From assembly GCF_963921235.1 (NCBI RefSeq), contig NC_086097.1, forward strand, positions 163,186,001 through 163,250,000: 64,000 nucleotides of DNA. The letters run 5' to 3'. This document shows, piece by piece, positions 23,707 through 39,068 of this stretch; within the stretch, counting starts at the first letter, position 1; every line of letters starts with the position of its first letter. The translations under genes and the position numbers were made by a program. The notes beneath the pieces are model-generated. The model saw only the letters and a program-made list of their open reading frames with translations, ran no database searches and was not told where the DNA came from. Source of the stretch: Mobula hypostoma (taxonomy: Eukaryota).

Positions 23707-25401
23707 AGAAGGTGTTTGAATGTCCTGGTGAGTGACATATTGGAAGGTGCTGATCTGCTGCACCTTCCCAGCAAGAATAAGGTGTTTGATACAGAAGCAA
23801 CATTTAACACAGCTAAAGTCCAGCTTATTCCATCAGCGACTCTGATGCCATACCCAACTTGATTCAAACAGCACTATTGTTATTAAACAGCACAATTGAT
23901 TCTTTGACATACTGTGAGCAACACAAGGTAGTCGTCCGAAAAACAACTCTCTGATGATTATATTAAAGAAAAACATATAATTTTTATTACATTGTGAAAA
24001 GCTTGCTTCTTGACTTTAGTCCTATGAGGTTAAAGTTATGGCTGCAGCATTTACTTCTAAAATGAAGATATGCTTATTCCACTGTAGGGCCTTTAACACA
24101 AAAATATTGGAAGACATTAGTTTGAAAGAGTAAAATAAGTTACCTGACATCCCCACATTTGATCAATATTTAATCAACACTATGTTTGTGTTTATAGGAA
24201 CTTGCATTAGATTTAAGTGCTGAGCCAGATTAAAAAGATTAAGGTGTTGAGACCGAGAGCAAAGGATGAACAGTTCACTCTTCTGTGAGGATTTACTTGC
24301 CTCCGCTCTGAACCGACTCTGCCTCTGTGCCCTGAGCCGTCAGGCTCCTGTGTCAATGGACTCCATGGTTACGGACTCACTTTCTGGGTCTCTGTGGTTC
24401 ATTCTCTGTATACTATTTGTTTACTTTTGTTATTGTTTGCATGATTTGTTCTTTTGGACGTTTGACGGTTTTTGTGATGTGGGTTTTGTTTTCCATGGAT
24501 TCTATTGTGTTTCTTTGCTTTGAGACTGCCTGCAAGTAAATGAATCTCAAGGTTGGATGTGGTACACCTACTTTGATAATAAATATACTTTGAACTTTAT
24601 TCAACAGCTGCTAGATTGGTAATTGATAATTGGTTTACTTTTGGTCACATACCAGGATACAGTGAAAAACTTTGTTTGTATGATTCCAGAACGATGATTC
24701 CAAGCACAAATTTCCTGAGGTATTATAAAAGGTTAAAAAACAATAACAGATTGCAAAATATATTGCTAAATCTACCGAGAAAGAGAAGTGCAGGTAGGAA
24801 ATAAATTGCACACAGACTTGATCTTTATTGTACAAGAGGGCAAATCTAGACTGTTATAACAGCAGGGTAGAAGCTGACCTGGAGCCTGGTTTCCCCCATT
24901 GCAGCAGTGACAAAACTAAAATCAAAATTAATTTTGATCAGCATTGAGATTACTGAGAGATGCAAAAAGTCAATCATATTTTTTGTTCTTCTTCTGGGCC
25001 ATTTATTGAGAACCCAGATCTACCGACCAAATGTGGGCACTGTACTTGAGGAAAGGCACAGCAGATAATTGAAATAGTGACCAAGATGGTGAACTTCAGT
25101 TATGAAGAAAGACTGAAGAAACTGGGATATTTTTCTTAGACAGTGAATGGGTCAGCAACCAAATGACACAAATTTCATATGATCGGCAAAAACTCCACAG
25201 ACAGCATAAGGAAATTATATTTTTGGAATGGTAAATTATTCTAATTTAAATTACAGTGTGTGACAGTGCTATAGAAGTGGTAACTTCAAAAGGAACCGGA
25301 TAAACACTTAAAAGTAAAAATTACCAAACTGTAGGAAAAATAGCAAGAGGATGCACCTAATTGAACAGTTAATGTTATTCTTTTTGATGGTGGTATGTGG
25401 T

Positions 25402-25686
25402 GGGCACGTGGCCAAGTGGTTAAGGACTAGCGACCTGAAGGTCATGAGTTTGAGCCCCAGCCGAGGGAACATGTTGTGTCCTTGAGCAAGGCACTTAATC
25501 ACACATTGCTCTGCGACGACACTGGTGCCAAGCTGTATGGGTCCTAATGCCCTTCCCTTGGACAACATTGGTGTCGTGGAGAGAGGAGACTTGCAGCATG
25601 GGCAACTGCTGGTCTTCCATACAACCTTGCCCAGGCCTGCGCCCTGGAGAGTGAAGACATGGTCTCACAAGACTAACGGATGCCTT
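25402..25686 (+). mobile_element. tRNA-derived SINE with a CORE-like central segment
   Basis: A box TGGCCAAGTGG, B-box-like GAGTTTGAGCCCC, then TGTGTCCTTGAGCAAGGCACTTAAT. A second B box (GGTTCGATCC, ~25725) marks an adjacent older SINE. Confidence 0.7.
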
Positions 25687-27261
25687 GATGTGGTGATGCT
25701 CCTGCATCATAAATGCAGGACCCGGGTTCGATCCTTGGGTAGAGCTGAGGTAGGGTCTGCTTGTTCGCCCTGTGGAGTTCTGCTGGATGCCTAATGATAC
25801 GCTGAGGGGATAATTGGGTACCCTGTAATATAGATACAGGTCAGTACAAAAGATCAAATGGACATGAGAGAGAATAAGTTGCAGGAAAAGCAATTGAGCA
25901 GTAATGGTATTGAATGGATTGCTTCGTTTGCCTGCTTGTTAACTTTCAAATGTTTATCCAGTTCCTTGTTGAAGTTACTGCTTCTGCAACACTTTCATGC
26001 CATGTAATTAAAATTAGAACAGATTACTACTCTTCAAAGACTGGCTTGCGGGTCATCCTTGGACAAGGTGTAGCACCTGTTTAGACCCCGATCAGGGTCA
26101 CATGAAACCATGGGAGCAGGTAGTGGATGGTTGTTTGAGCAGCTGGTGCATATCACAAGTCCTGGTTATGCGGCTGCTGAAGCCAGGCAGACAATCTCTG
26201 AAGGGTATTGATAATGACTGGGGTCACCCATCTTGCAAACACACTGCCTACAAGAAGGTGATGGCAAATCAATCCTGCAGAAAAACTTGTCAAGAATAAT
26301 CATGGTTCAGGATAGAGAGAAGAATAAGAACAGCTGTGTGAAGGGGGTCTTCCCCTTGTTCAATGATCCGATTAAAGACAGATGGAAGAGTATGATCACC
26401 AACATCACATGACACGGCACATAATGACAATCATGACTGCTCTACAAATAGTATTTCTTCATATTTTTATGGCATTTTTGCAATGGATTTAATGAGCCGA
26501 ATAGTTTCTTTCTATGCTGTAAGTAGAGAAAGAACAAAAAGACAGGATATTATGTAAATTGAATGCTGGTTATGATTTAACACCCATCCATAAAATCTCT
26601 TAAGTTTCCTTCTGCTCTTACAAATCCACTGTCAGCTTCTCCAATCCTCCTTAATAGCTGAAATTCTCCAACTTGGACTGTTGCAGTGCCTTGATGTCCT
26701 TCTGCAGTAAAAATAGTTGGTGTGCATTTGCAGTCAGTAACCAGGATGGCAAATTTAATGTTTAATTATGGTAAGGAGGGTGGGTTACAAAAGTATGGAG
26801 GTTTTATTGTAACCGTGAAGCCAACCCTCATTTACGCTATCAGCTCAACAAAAATTGAATTGAATTATTTAAATTGCATAGGAAGCATAACCTCTTTTCA
26901 AAAACATACTGCATTCAAAGATCAAATGCAAATCAAACCCTTTCCTGAAAAATTATGGAAACTTTGCTTAAATTGGATCAATTACTGATGGAATGAAAGA
27001 AATTTTTGCATTTATATAGCATGAATTTCAGGACATTCCAGAATGCTTCACAGGAAATTAAGTATGTATAATGAGATTAGTTTTAGTCTGATTTTAGGAA
27101 AGATATAATTACTTTGGAGGTATTGTGGAGAAGATTCACCAGATCGGTTCTGGGTAAGACAGGTTTATCTCCTGAGGAAAGATTAAGAAATTTGGGTCTT
27201 TATTCTCTGGAGTTTAGAAGGAAAAGTGGTGATCTTAGTGAAACATATGACATTTCCTTTG

Positions 27262-27688
27262 GTAAACACAAAATAATCTGCAGATGCTGAGGTCAAAGCA
27301 ACACTCACAACACGCTGGAGGAACTCAGCAGGTCGGGCAGCATCAGTGGAAAAGATCAGTCGACGTGTCGGGCCGGAACCCTTCGTCAGGACAGTACGGG
27401 GAAGGGGCAGAGGCCGTATAAAGAAGGTGGGGGGAGGGTGGGAAGGAGAAGGCTGGTAGGTTCCAGGTGAAAAACCAGTAAGGGGAAAGATAAAGGAGTG
27501 GGGGAGGGGAAGCAGGGAGGGGATAGGCAGGAAAGGTGAAGAAGGAATGGGGAAAACACAATGGGTAGTAGAAGGAGGCAGAACCAGGAGGGAGGTGGTA
27601 GGCAGCTGAGGGAGGGGGCAGAGTGACATAGGGATAGGGGAAGGGAGGGGGAGGGAATTACCGGAAGTTGGAGAATTCTATGTTCATA
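27262..27688 (-). mobile_element. 5'-truncated Penelope-like element (ORF end, 3' UTR, pLTR with hammerhead, tail), inserted in a CR1 (~27110-27980, +)
   Basis: Minus strand begins MNIEFSNFR*, a PLE ORF C-terminus. TSD ACATTTCCTTTG at 27250-27261 and 27689-27700. Hammerhead motif at 27357-27393 has GAAA changed to GACA. Confidence 0.85.
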
Positions 27689-28814
27689 ACATTTCCTTTG
27701 ATGAAGGAATTTAGAATCAAGGGTATAGTCTCAGGATAAGGGGTTGCACATTTAAGAATAAGACAAGGAGATTTTTTTTTCTCTCAGAGACTGTGAATCT
27801 GCATTTCATATCTCAGAGAGCAATGGATATTTCATTAAGAATTTACAAAGCCGAGTTCCAAATTTTTAGACTTTGGGAGAGCCAGAAGTTATGGAGAGAA
27901 GGGCTTTTGCTGAGATCAGTTCAACTGCAATTGTACTGAATGGTGGGACAGGCTTGAGATGTGTATGGCCTACTTTATACACAATGACAGAAGCTGGTTT
28001 GTCTCAGCCAAAGTTACTTCTTCACTGATTCTAGATTACATTTTATGCTCTGTCTTCAATACAGTAAAATATTTAAGTGTTTTACAAAAGGAATAGGGAA
28101 TCACAGGGTGCCATGATTAATCACAGGTAAACTCAGATATTGTGGCACATCTGTTGGAACTTAGTTTGGATGTCACAAATTTGGATTTTTCTGGGACATC
28201 CCAGGTAGGACAAAATAACAGGTGTAAAACCATCAACAGTTATCAAAGACAACTGAGACTGAAGGTGATTGTATGGCTAAATAAATTAAAACACAGATCA
28301 TTTATCAATCACTCACATTTGATTCATTCTTTTTGGTAGCATTTGAGCCTCCTGTCTCGAGGTTTATTTTATTTCCTTGTACACTGCATAAATGAGATAA
28401 TATTTTAAAGTGTTAATAAATTTAAAGAAACAATAACTAAAATGTGTAATCTAGTTGTAAAATTAGAGAAGCATAACTGCTACACAGTGATTAACAGGCA
28501 TATTTTATAAATAATTTATCATGCTCTGCTTATGAGCCCTAGGCTAGATTTAATTGTTCCTAATACAGCACATTTTTTATGGAACTACGATGAGATCATA
28601 GATTTTTTGTGTTCAAGTCAAATAACCAAATCATATCTAATGATATCTTTCAGATAAGCCAGTATCAGGACATAACAGAAATATGAAATTAACATAATAA
28701 AACACTTCGCAGCTGTGGAAGGGGAAATATTTATGTATCAGGGAACTTGATTTTCTTACATTAATATAGTGATTGCACCCTTCATTCCAGGGTCCTTTAT
28801 CACTGACAAATTTA

Positions 28815-29290
28815 GACAGATAGATAGATAGATGGATAGATATTTTATTGATCTCAAAGGAAATTACAGTGTCACAGCATTACAAGTGTGCAGATATACA
28901 AATATTAGAGAGAAGTAAGAAAGAAATAAAAAAAAATTCGTGACCTCAAACAGTCTATCAGGAGGGGGTCATCACTTGCCCGGCTATAGGTTGACTCATT
29001 ATAAACTCTAATAGATGAGGGTAAAAGTGACCTCATAGAGCGCTCTTTGGAGCAGCACAGTTGTCTTCATCTATTTCTACAAGTGCTCCTCTGTTCAGCC
29101 AAGTTGGCATTCAGAGTTTGAGAAACATTGTCCAGAATTGCCAGCATTTTCCATGGGATCTTCTGTTCTACCACAACCTCCAGTGTGTCCAGTCTGATTC
29201 TTATAACAGAGCCAGCCTTTCTAATCAGTTTATTGAGCCTGTTATTGTCATGATTTGCCAACAACTCAATATCCCTGACGAATTGTGACA
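28815..29290 (-). mobile_element. Rex1/Babar 3' fragment with (TATC)n tail
   Basis: NRLNKLIRKAGSVI...MLAILDNVS; GATA repeats at ~28819-28841. Confidence 0.8.
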
Positions 29291-31205
29291 TTAAGTGTCC
29301 ACTGATTAGTCTACAACAGACCCGCATTCTGAACTAATTAACAATCAGGGTGATAAAGTACATGAAAATAAGAAACAGGAATAGTATGTGACATGGCCCC
29401 TTGAGCTTGTTTCACCGTTCTGGTAGGAACATTGCTAATCTGACCGTTGCCCCAGTCCTGCATTCCTGTCTGCCCCCACTGTAATATTTCAAATATTGAT
29501 CTAACTTTGTCTCAGTTATCACCTGTTACAACTGAAGAAGTCATCCTTGGTCATTTTTAATGTTGAGGGTCCCATATGAGTCTGAATTCTTGCTCTATCC
29601 AAGATACCTGGAGCAGAGGTAGAATATTAACATGGTCGATGTTTATAAGGGTAAGCAGGCAGCCTCAATAAAGGAGCTGTTGTCCTCATCCATTATCACC
29701 ATATTTACTCCCAAAGAGCCATTAAATTGTGCTATATTACCTCATGGGGTTGCCTCCGTGTCAAAAACTCCTGAACTCATTCTTCTATGTAGTATGTCTG
29801 ATAATGGGTTCAGGAATTATTGACATAAGGACGAATCCTATCCAGTTCGACTATGCTAAATGTGTTAATTTTCCACAATCTCCATTCGATGGGAACATAT
29901 CAAGTAAAAAGGAGTGTGGCAGATACCAGCAGTGCAGTGATATATGATGGCAGCTCACTGATTCACTACTCCTTACTTTGACAGGATCATCTAATTCAGC
30001 TTTTAAGTTTAATTGTCCTTCAATCATACATGAATATACAGCCAAACAAAGCAGTATTTCTCTGGGGCCAAGGTGCAAGTCACAACACCAGCACAGCACA
30101 AGGCACATATAGCACACATAATTATAATTGCAATAAGCATACAGTGAACTATATAAAAAATAATTAGCCCAGGTCCCTGAGTGTCATATCCTGTAGATTG
30201 ATGATGCAGGATGTAGTTGGCAAGAACAAGCCATAGCAGTCCAATCATCATGCACTATTGCAGCTGCAGGCGATCGATAACCACTCAAAAACATTGAGAA
30301 ATTCTCACCCATTAACAAAATGGAATAGAACTGAACAATAACACACAGCATGCTCTGATAATATTCATATACGTGCACATCCGTTCCCATTTCCTATTAC
30401 TCTAACATAGCGCTCATGACAAATCAAAGGATAAGCTTGGAGTGCTGGAAGCTGGTAATTAAGTTCCTGATGCTGACTCCTGGGACTAAAGAGTCTTAGG
30501 CTCTAATTCTACCTCAGAGAGGGCAGAGATTCAGTTCATATTCTCTGGCTCTGCATTAGTCAATGGGTTGATAGAGGGTGTCTGTTAGTGCACAGGTTAA
30601 AAAGCATGTGGGAACCATCACCAAAGATGATATTCGCTCTCCCCACACCTTCAAAGGGAGCTATCAGTGTGAAAAGTGCAGACATTAGCAACAGTCACAT
30701 TCTTATCTCTCCCCGTTTGTCTTAGCTCTTCCAAATGCACTCTGTGGTGAAGGTAACATGAAGTCTTGGGCACTTTAGAGATTCCTAAAAGACTTAAGAC
30801 ATGAATCATAATATTGATTGCTATGATTACAATGAATCTTACTATCACTCCAAGGCAATTTCAAAACTACTTATTTCTTGCAATGTAGCAATAAAAATGT
30901 GATGAGCAGGTTCATACAGAAGTTATCCACTCTGAAACATTCTCGTATGAGGGCAGCACTTTGGTCCACGTCCTTCCTTTCCTGTTGTTCCCTGTCCTTA
31001 TTGGCTTATACTGAAATCACACCGAAGTGCGGTCTCAAATCCAGCCGAAATCCAACGTCCAATATAACTTGTATCGTACAATTGTTGACTTCTTAAATAG
31101 CCCTATCAAATTTTGATTACTTCAGACAAGTATGTATTGTCTTGAATTCTGTCAACTTTAATTTTATAGGTCACCAGTACGTAACACTGGAAGAAAAAAA
31201 AGTAA

Positions 31206-32123
<918 letters not shown>

Positions 32124-32820
32124 CAAATTTATCACTAAACACCTGGAGAATTTGAGTGCACCTTGCAAAATAGGCTTTTTGGCTGTGAAGTTACTTGATG
32201 CACACAGATTGCCTGATTTTAAGTCACAATGCACAGTATATGCACCTTGAAGAGAATGAGTTTGCAAAGGCATGTCTTAGAAAACTGAATTTACTCTTTA
32301 AAGACATTCAAAGACAGAGTAAATTCTAAAAATTTTTTTTACAATTTTACATATGTTGTTTGAAGGATTGTGTTATTTAGACAGGTTTGCAGAGTGTGTT
32401 CTGGAAGTAAATTATGAATTAAAATATATTAGTTAATATTTGATACCAATTTCATTGCAGGTCCCGAGATTTCTGTGTTTCATCTGATCACTTGGGGTCA
32501 TGCAGAAGGCAAGCCATGGACAGCAGCACCATGATTACCAGGCTTTCACCCCGCCCTACTCTGGCCTTCACCAATAATCATTCAGAAAATATGTAACAGA
32601 CAACTCAAATATTTCTTCTTCTCAAAGCAAGCACATATAAATATTTTGTATATATGCTTAATATGTTTTGTACACTTGACTAAACACTTGCCTTTCCTTC
32701 TTTCCATGCGTTCAACAGGTTATGAGATCAAGATACATCTTGCCTGGAAACTTTTCTTAATCACATATCAACAATGCCTTTAAAGGTGCTCATGGTCAAG
32801 ATATGACACAAGCAGCCATT

Positions 32821-32826
32821 AATAAA
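32821..32826 (+). terminator. Candidate polyadenylation signal for LRRC30
   Basis: First AATAAA noticed downstream of the stop codon, ~700 bp after it, in non-repetitive sequence. Confidence 0.4.
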
Positions 32827-33169
32827 CTTAATCTATTTAGTTAGTGTCAGCAATGAAAGTCAAATTTCTCCCCCCCTCCCATAATTAGGAACAACATAAC
32901 TTAAGACCTTGAAAATTGATCAAAGAAATATAGAATGGATTTGGAAAGGATGGGTCAAGACTGATGAACTTATAAATTGTATTGAACACTAAAAGAGCAT
33001 GCAGGAAAATGTTATTTGGTCAGAAGGCAACAGTAAAGTCTTTCACTTGTGGAAATTAAAGCTTTTAGAATTAAAGTGAAATTAGTGATCTTATTTGAAA
33101 CTGGCTGAGAGTCAAAAGACAGAAAATAGGACAAGAGACAGAAATTACTAACTACAGTAGGGAGAAGCA

Positions 33170-33917
33170 AGGGACATTTGAGTCAGTCATCATTAGGGAA
33201 ATAGAAGCCGAGAGGGTCAGTAGCTTTAAGTTCCATGACATTAATATATCAGTGGATTTCCCCTGCAAAGAAGGCATGACAGCATCTTCACTTTCTTAGA
33301 TGTCTGCAAGTCACGAAAAACTGAGACAAACTTCTATAGATGCACAATGGAAAGTATTCTATCTCATTTCATCATTTCCTGTTACGAAAGAAAAACAATG
33401 CCCAGGAATGGAAAAGGCTAAAGAAAGTGGCGGACATAATCTAATCTATCACAGAATAGAATCCCTCCCCATCATTGAGTACATTTACATGGAGTGGTGA
33501 CAAACTAAAGCAGCATCCATCATCAAAGACTCCCTCCATCCAAGGCATGCCCTCTTCTTACTACTACCACTGGGCAGGAGGTACAGAGCCTTAGGTCCTA
33601 CATTGCCAGGTTCAGGAACAGTTATTACTCTACAACCATCAAGACTGAGAACCTGTATGGATAACTTGATTGACCATGACTGTGAACTGATTCTATGACC
33701 TTACAGAATCACTTTCCAGGACCCACGTTCTCAGTATTATTTTTGTTTGCACAGTTTGAATTCTTATGCACATTGGTTGATTGTCAGTTTATGTACGGTC
33801 TTTCTCTAAAAATCGATTGTATTTCTTTTTCCCTGTAAATGTCTTCAAGAAAATAAACCTCAAGGCAATATACGGTAACATACACTACTTTGTTAATAAA
33901 TTTACTTTGAACTTTGA
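33170..33917 (+). mobile_element. Rex1/Babar 3' fragment
   Basis: ERVSSFKF; KAASIIKD..HP.HALF.LLP.GRRYR; RFRNSYY; tail AATAAATTTACTTTGAACTTTGA. Confidence 0.75.
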
Positions 33918-34504
33918 AATAGGAAAATGTAAGATATTGTATTTGGGAAGATGTGACCAGTAACGTCCACGGAATCTGCATTAGACTTCAACGATAAATG
34001 GCATTTATTAACCAATTAGATGATTCAACAGAGAGTCAAAATGCTGATGACCCATTGATAGGTAGTCCTGTGTAAATAACTAGTATTAAATGAAAGTTAG
34101 AAGCAAAAGGACTTGAGGGAATGAGATTTGATCATTAAAATGTTAAGGAAAGGCGAGGAAAATAATCAAAATGAAATGCTGGTCTTCAGATACAAGTCTC
34201 ACAGGATGACAGAGTAGTTATGAGATGAAAAGAGGCCATATTTTTTAAATCTGCACTAGGTCTGGGAAAGAGCAATTAAGTTACTTCCATCATCCCTCCT
34301 TATCCCCATTTCTACAAACGTACATAGACATTTTCCTCTCAGATGAATATCCATCTCCTTTATGAATGTTACATTTACTTGAGCCTCCAACACAACTCCT
34401 GGTGGTATCCACTGATGGTAAAATATTGTTTTCCTCAAGCACTTGTCAGTTATATATTAGCTTTACTAAAGCTGACTTAAATCATACCCGGAGTATGATC
34501 TTCT

Positions 34505-35293
34505 GGTACGATGGCAGAGCATTCAGGCACAGTGGCCTCTTGGGAGCCAACCAAAAGTGTTTTTGTCTTTTTAAAATGTCTTTTTTGTGATCGTAGGACA
34601 ATGTTGGACATTAAAAACTTCAAGTACTGCAGGTCTACCCCATCAGCGAGCTGCTCTTTGGCAGAGGAGCTGGACTTGGTGTGGACTGTGTTACTGCTGG
34701 CTATAGGAAGGCATTGGAATCGATAGGTGAAGCAGGTATGCAATCTAACAGCGAGTGATTATTTTGGACGTTTCTCTTGCGACTCCAGGACCCTGTTGCA
34801 CATTAATAATGTAAAATGCTGCAAGTCCATTTCCTCGCTTATTGTTAAGACAGACGGCAGGGGAACTGCATGCCTTTGGCTGTAGCAAGAATAGGCTGTG
34901 GGCTTGGCTGTTGCAGCAGTCTAGGAGAGGAGACGATGGAGGCGGTATAGCGTAGCATCCATGTTGGGTTTGAGGGCTGGCCCCTTCAGTCGGTGCTGCC
35001 CTCCAGTGTTTGATCGGTGCAATGACAAGCTGGATTGAGTGCGCTCATCTGCAGGCCGCCGAGAACTGCTTGTTCTTGTCGTTAACACCAATAAGACATG
35101 TCATTCAGAGACCTGGGCTACATGTACTTTTGTCTGTGATTATATGTTTATAGCTCTCATAACTGTATGAGCCTTGTGTTGTGTATGGCTGTTGGCATTG
35201 TGTTTTTCTCCTTGGCCCCGGAAGAACACTGTTTTGTTTGGCTATATTCAAAGGTATTAATGTATACTTGAGTGGTAATTAAATGTGAACTTG
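34505..35293 (+). mobile_element. Non-autonomous LINE-tailed element (related copy at 38296-39068; 3' part reversed at ~30000-30130)
   Basis: TTCTGGT..GATGG head; shared internal CAAGACxCTGTTG block; shared 3' TGGCCCCGGA...GGCTxTATTCA...GAACT tail. Confidence 0.6.
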
Positions 35294-35579
35294 AGTAGTT
35301 TTGGGAGCCACCATTTAAGGACAGATTGTTCCTACAGGGGATGGAACATTTAGAAGTGTGATGGCAGATTTACAAGAATTATACTAAAGGTACCAAGCTT
35401 CTCCGAGGATTGAAATCCTTGGATTTTAGAATGTACGCTGAGTTAAAATACCTCATTGTATATGTCATTGTTTTCATTGAGGAACAGAGAGTGTAGATAG
35501 ACGGATACTACACTCAGTGGCCACTTTATCAGGCACACCTATACACCTGCTCGTTAATGCAAATATCTCTTCAGCCAGT

Positions 35580-37975
35580 CATAAGAACATAAGAAGTAGG
35601 AGCAGGAGTCGGCCATCTGGCCCGTTGAGCCTGCTCCGCCATTCAATGAGATCATGGCTGCTCTGGCCATGGACTTATCTCCACCTACCTACCTTTTCCC
35701 CATAGCCCTTAATTCCCCTACTATGCAAAAATCTATCCAACATTGTCTTAAATATATTTACTAAGGTAGCCCCCACTGCTTCATTGGGCAGAAAATTCCA
35801 CAGATTCACTACTCTCTGGGAAAAGCAGTTCCTCCTCATCTCTGTACTAAATCTACTCCCTCGAATCTTGAGGCTATGTCTGCTAGTTCTAGTCTCACCT
35901 ACCAGTGGAAACAACTTTCCTGCCTCTATCTTATCTATCCTTTTCATAATTTTTCTATAAGATCTCTTCTCAGTCTTCTGAATTCCAGACAGTACAGTCC
36001 CAGGCGACTCAATCTCTCCTCATAGTCTAATCCCCTCATCTCTGGAACTGACCTGGTGAACCTCCTCTGCACTGTCTCCAAAGCCAGTTTATCCTTCTTC
36101 AAGTAAGGAGACCAGAACTGCACACAGTACTCCAGGTGCAGCCTCACCAGTACCCTATACAGTTGCAGCATAACCTCCCTGCTCTTAAATTCAATTCCTT
36201 TCGCAATGAAGGCCAACATTCAGTTTGCCTTCTTGATAGCCTGCTGCACCTGCAAACCAACCTTTTGTGATTCATGCACAAGCACTCCCAAGTCCCTCTG
36301 TACATCAGCATTCAGCAATTTTTTATCTTTTAAATAATAATCTGTTCTTTCATTTCTCCTTCCTAAGTGGATGACCTCACATTTACTAATATTGTACTCC
36401 ATCTGCCAGACCCTTGCCCACTCACTTAACCTATCTATATCTCTCTGTGGACTCTCCGTATCTTCTGCACAATTTGCTTTTCCACTCCATTTAGTATCAT
36501 TAGCAAACATGGCCCCCTCTTCCAGATCATTAACGTATATCGTGAACAGTTGCGGGCCCAACACTGACCCCGTGGCACACTGCTCACCACTGACTGCCAA
36601 CCAGAGAAACACCTGTGTATCCCAACTCCTTGCTTTCTATTAGTTAACCAATCCTCTATCCATGCTAATACATCACCCCCAACTCTATGCATCTTTACCT
36701 TATGGATAAGTCTTTTACATGTCACCTTATCGAACGCCTTCTGGAAATCCAAGTAATTAATGCCCATTTGTTCCCCTTGTTTTGCCCGATGCCAGTCCCC
36801 TAGGCCTGAGTCGACATATTTGTAGTAGTAGTAGTCATAGTAGTGTTCCCCTCTATTCACTGCATTTGTCATATCCTCAAAGAACTCCAGTAAGTTTGTC
36901 AAACAGGATCTGCCTTTGCTGAATCCATGCTGCATCTGCTTGATGGATCCATTTCTTTCCAGATGCCTCACTATTTCTTATTTAATGATAGCTTCACACA
37001 TTTTCCCAACTACAGATGTTAAACTAACCAGCCTATAGTTACCTGCCTTTGGCTTACATCCTTTTTTGAACAGTGGCGTAACATTCGCTGACTTCCAATC
37101 TGCCGGGACCTGCTCAGAGTCCAGAGAATCTTGATAAATGATCACCAAAGCCTCTACCATAACTTCTGCCATTTCTTTCAGTACCCTGGAATACATTGCA
37201 TTAGGACCAAGGGACTTGTCTTTCTTCAGGCCCACAAGTTTGCTCACCACAGCCTCTTTAGTGTTACCTATTGAATCGAGGCCCCCACCTCCCATCGCAC
37301 CCATTAACATCTCTCTTTGGCATGTTAAACATGTCCTCCACCATGAAGTCTGACACAAATAGTTATTTCCTCATTACCCAATATCAATTCCCCCTTCTCG
37401 ATCTCCAAGGGACCTACATTCACTTTAGCCACCCTTTTCTGCTTCATATAATTATAAAAACTTTTACTATGTGTTTTTATATTTTGCGCTAGTTTATTCT
37501 CATAATCTAGCTTCCCTTTCTTTATTGCTTGCTTCGTGGTGCTTTGTTGCTTTTTAAAGCTTTCCCAATCTTCCAGTTTCCCACTACCCTTGGCAACTTT
37601 GTATGCACAAGCTTTTGGTTTGATGTTTTTTAAAATTTTCTTAGTTACCTAAGGCTGGCTCTCCCCACCCTTACCGTCCTTGTTTTTAACTGGAATATAC
37701 TTTGGTTGAGCACCATAAAAAATCTTTTTGAAAGTCTTCCACTGTTCCTCAACTGTCCCACCGTATAGCCTGTGTTCCCAGTCTACACTAGCCAAATCCT
37801 CCCTATCCCATTGTAGTCTCCATTGTTTAGGCATAATACACTGGTTTTAGACTGAACTATTGCATCCTTCATTTGTATGAGAAATTCATTCATACTGTGA
37901 TCACTAATTTTACCTGTCTCATTGCACAGGACCAGATCTAAGATAACATATTCCCTTGTAGGTTCGGTAACATTC
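35580..37975 (-). mobile_element. CR1 LINE ORF2 (endonuclease end, RT, 3' tail), decayed
   Basis: DWKSANVTPLFKKG, QHGFSKGRSCLTNLLEFFE, YLDFQKAFDKV, RLHLEYCVQFWSPY; tail CATAAGAACATAAGA. Confidence 0.92.
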
Positions 37976-38295
37976 AACATCATGTGGCAGCAACTCAATG
38001 CATAAAAGCATGCAGACGTGGTCAAGTGATTCAGTTGTTAATCCGACCAAACATCAGAATGGGGAAGAAATGTAATCTGAGTGACTGTGACTGAGGAATG
38101 ATTGTCGGTGCCAGATGGGGTGGATTGAGTATCTCAGAAAATGCTGATCTCCTGAGATTTTTACACACAGCAGTTGCTAGAGTTTACAGAAAATGGTGGA
38201 AAAATCAGAAATTATCCAGTAATGGGCAGATGTGTGGGTGAAGCTGTCTTGTTAATGCGACAGGTCAGCAGAAAGTGTCCATATTTGTTCAAGTT

Positions 38296-39068
38296 TCTGG
38301 TCAAATGGTGGTGCATTCCATCGCTGCAGTTTCTACGGGGTCAACCCAAGTTGTTGTCCTTTTTAAGAGTGTTTTTTTCTACAATTGCAAAACCCTACTG
38401 GCCATCTAAATCCCATCAAAGAGTTGCTCGTTGGCAGAGAAAGTGAATGATCTGGACTTTGTGTGGATCATGCTGCTGCCTGCGTCAGAGAGGCATCATT
38501 GGAATTGGTGTGCAAAGGCGGTGCGCAGTCTAACAGTGAGTGATCATCTTAGCTGCTTTTCTTGTGATTACAAGACTCTGTTGAATGTTGTTAATGTGGA
38601 ATGTTGCAGGTCTGATTCACAGATTTATTGGTGTTTGGCAGGGGAGCAGCTTGGCCTCGGTTATAGCGACGACTATGCCCCAAGTTGCCCATTTTCTGCC
38701 ACTCAGGAGAGAGGCATCAGAGTCTGTGTGCTTCACTGGAGGCAGTGTGATGTGGCATCCAAACTGGTGTTGGTGCTGCCCCCTTGTGGTTGCTCAGCAG
38801 AAGACAAGCCATATTGTGTTCGACTGCAGATATCTGCAACATTCATGGACTCAAGGTCTTGGACTATATATCTTTAAGTGACTGTATTTTACTGATATCT
38901 TGTATGTGCTTGCTATCTTAATTGTGCTATATGTGCTTTGCACTGTGTGTGACTGCTGGTACTGTATGTTGCACATTGGCCCCGGACTAAAGATGTTTCA
39001 TCTGGCTGTATTCATAGGTATTCCTGTATGACTGAATGACAATTCAGCTTGAACTATGAGCTATGAAC
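38296..39068 (+). mobile_element. Non-autonomous element inserted in the Tc1 transposase ORF
   Basis: Splits the Tc1 sequence GTTCAAG|CTGATAGGAAGG; GAACTAT repeat tail; similar to 34505-35293. Confidence 0.65.

Noticed and set aside
25402..25470. tRNA-like A/B boxes
   Set aside because: No complete cloverleaf; continues into a SINE body, so not a tRNA gene.
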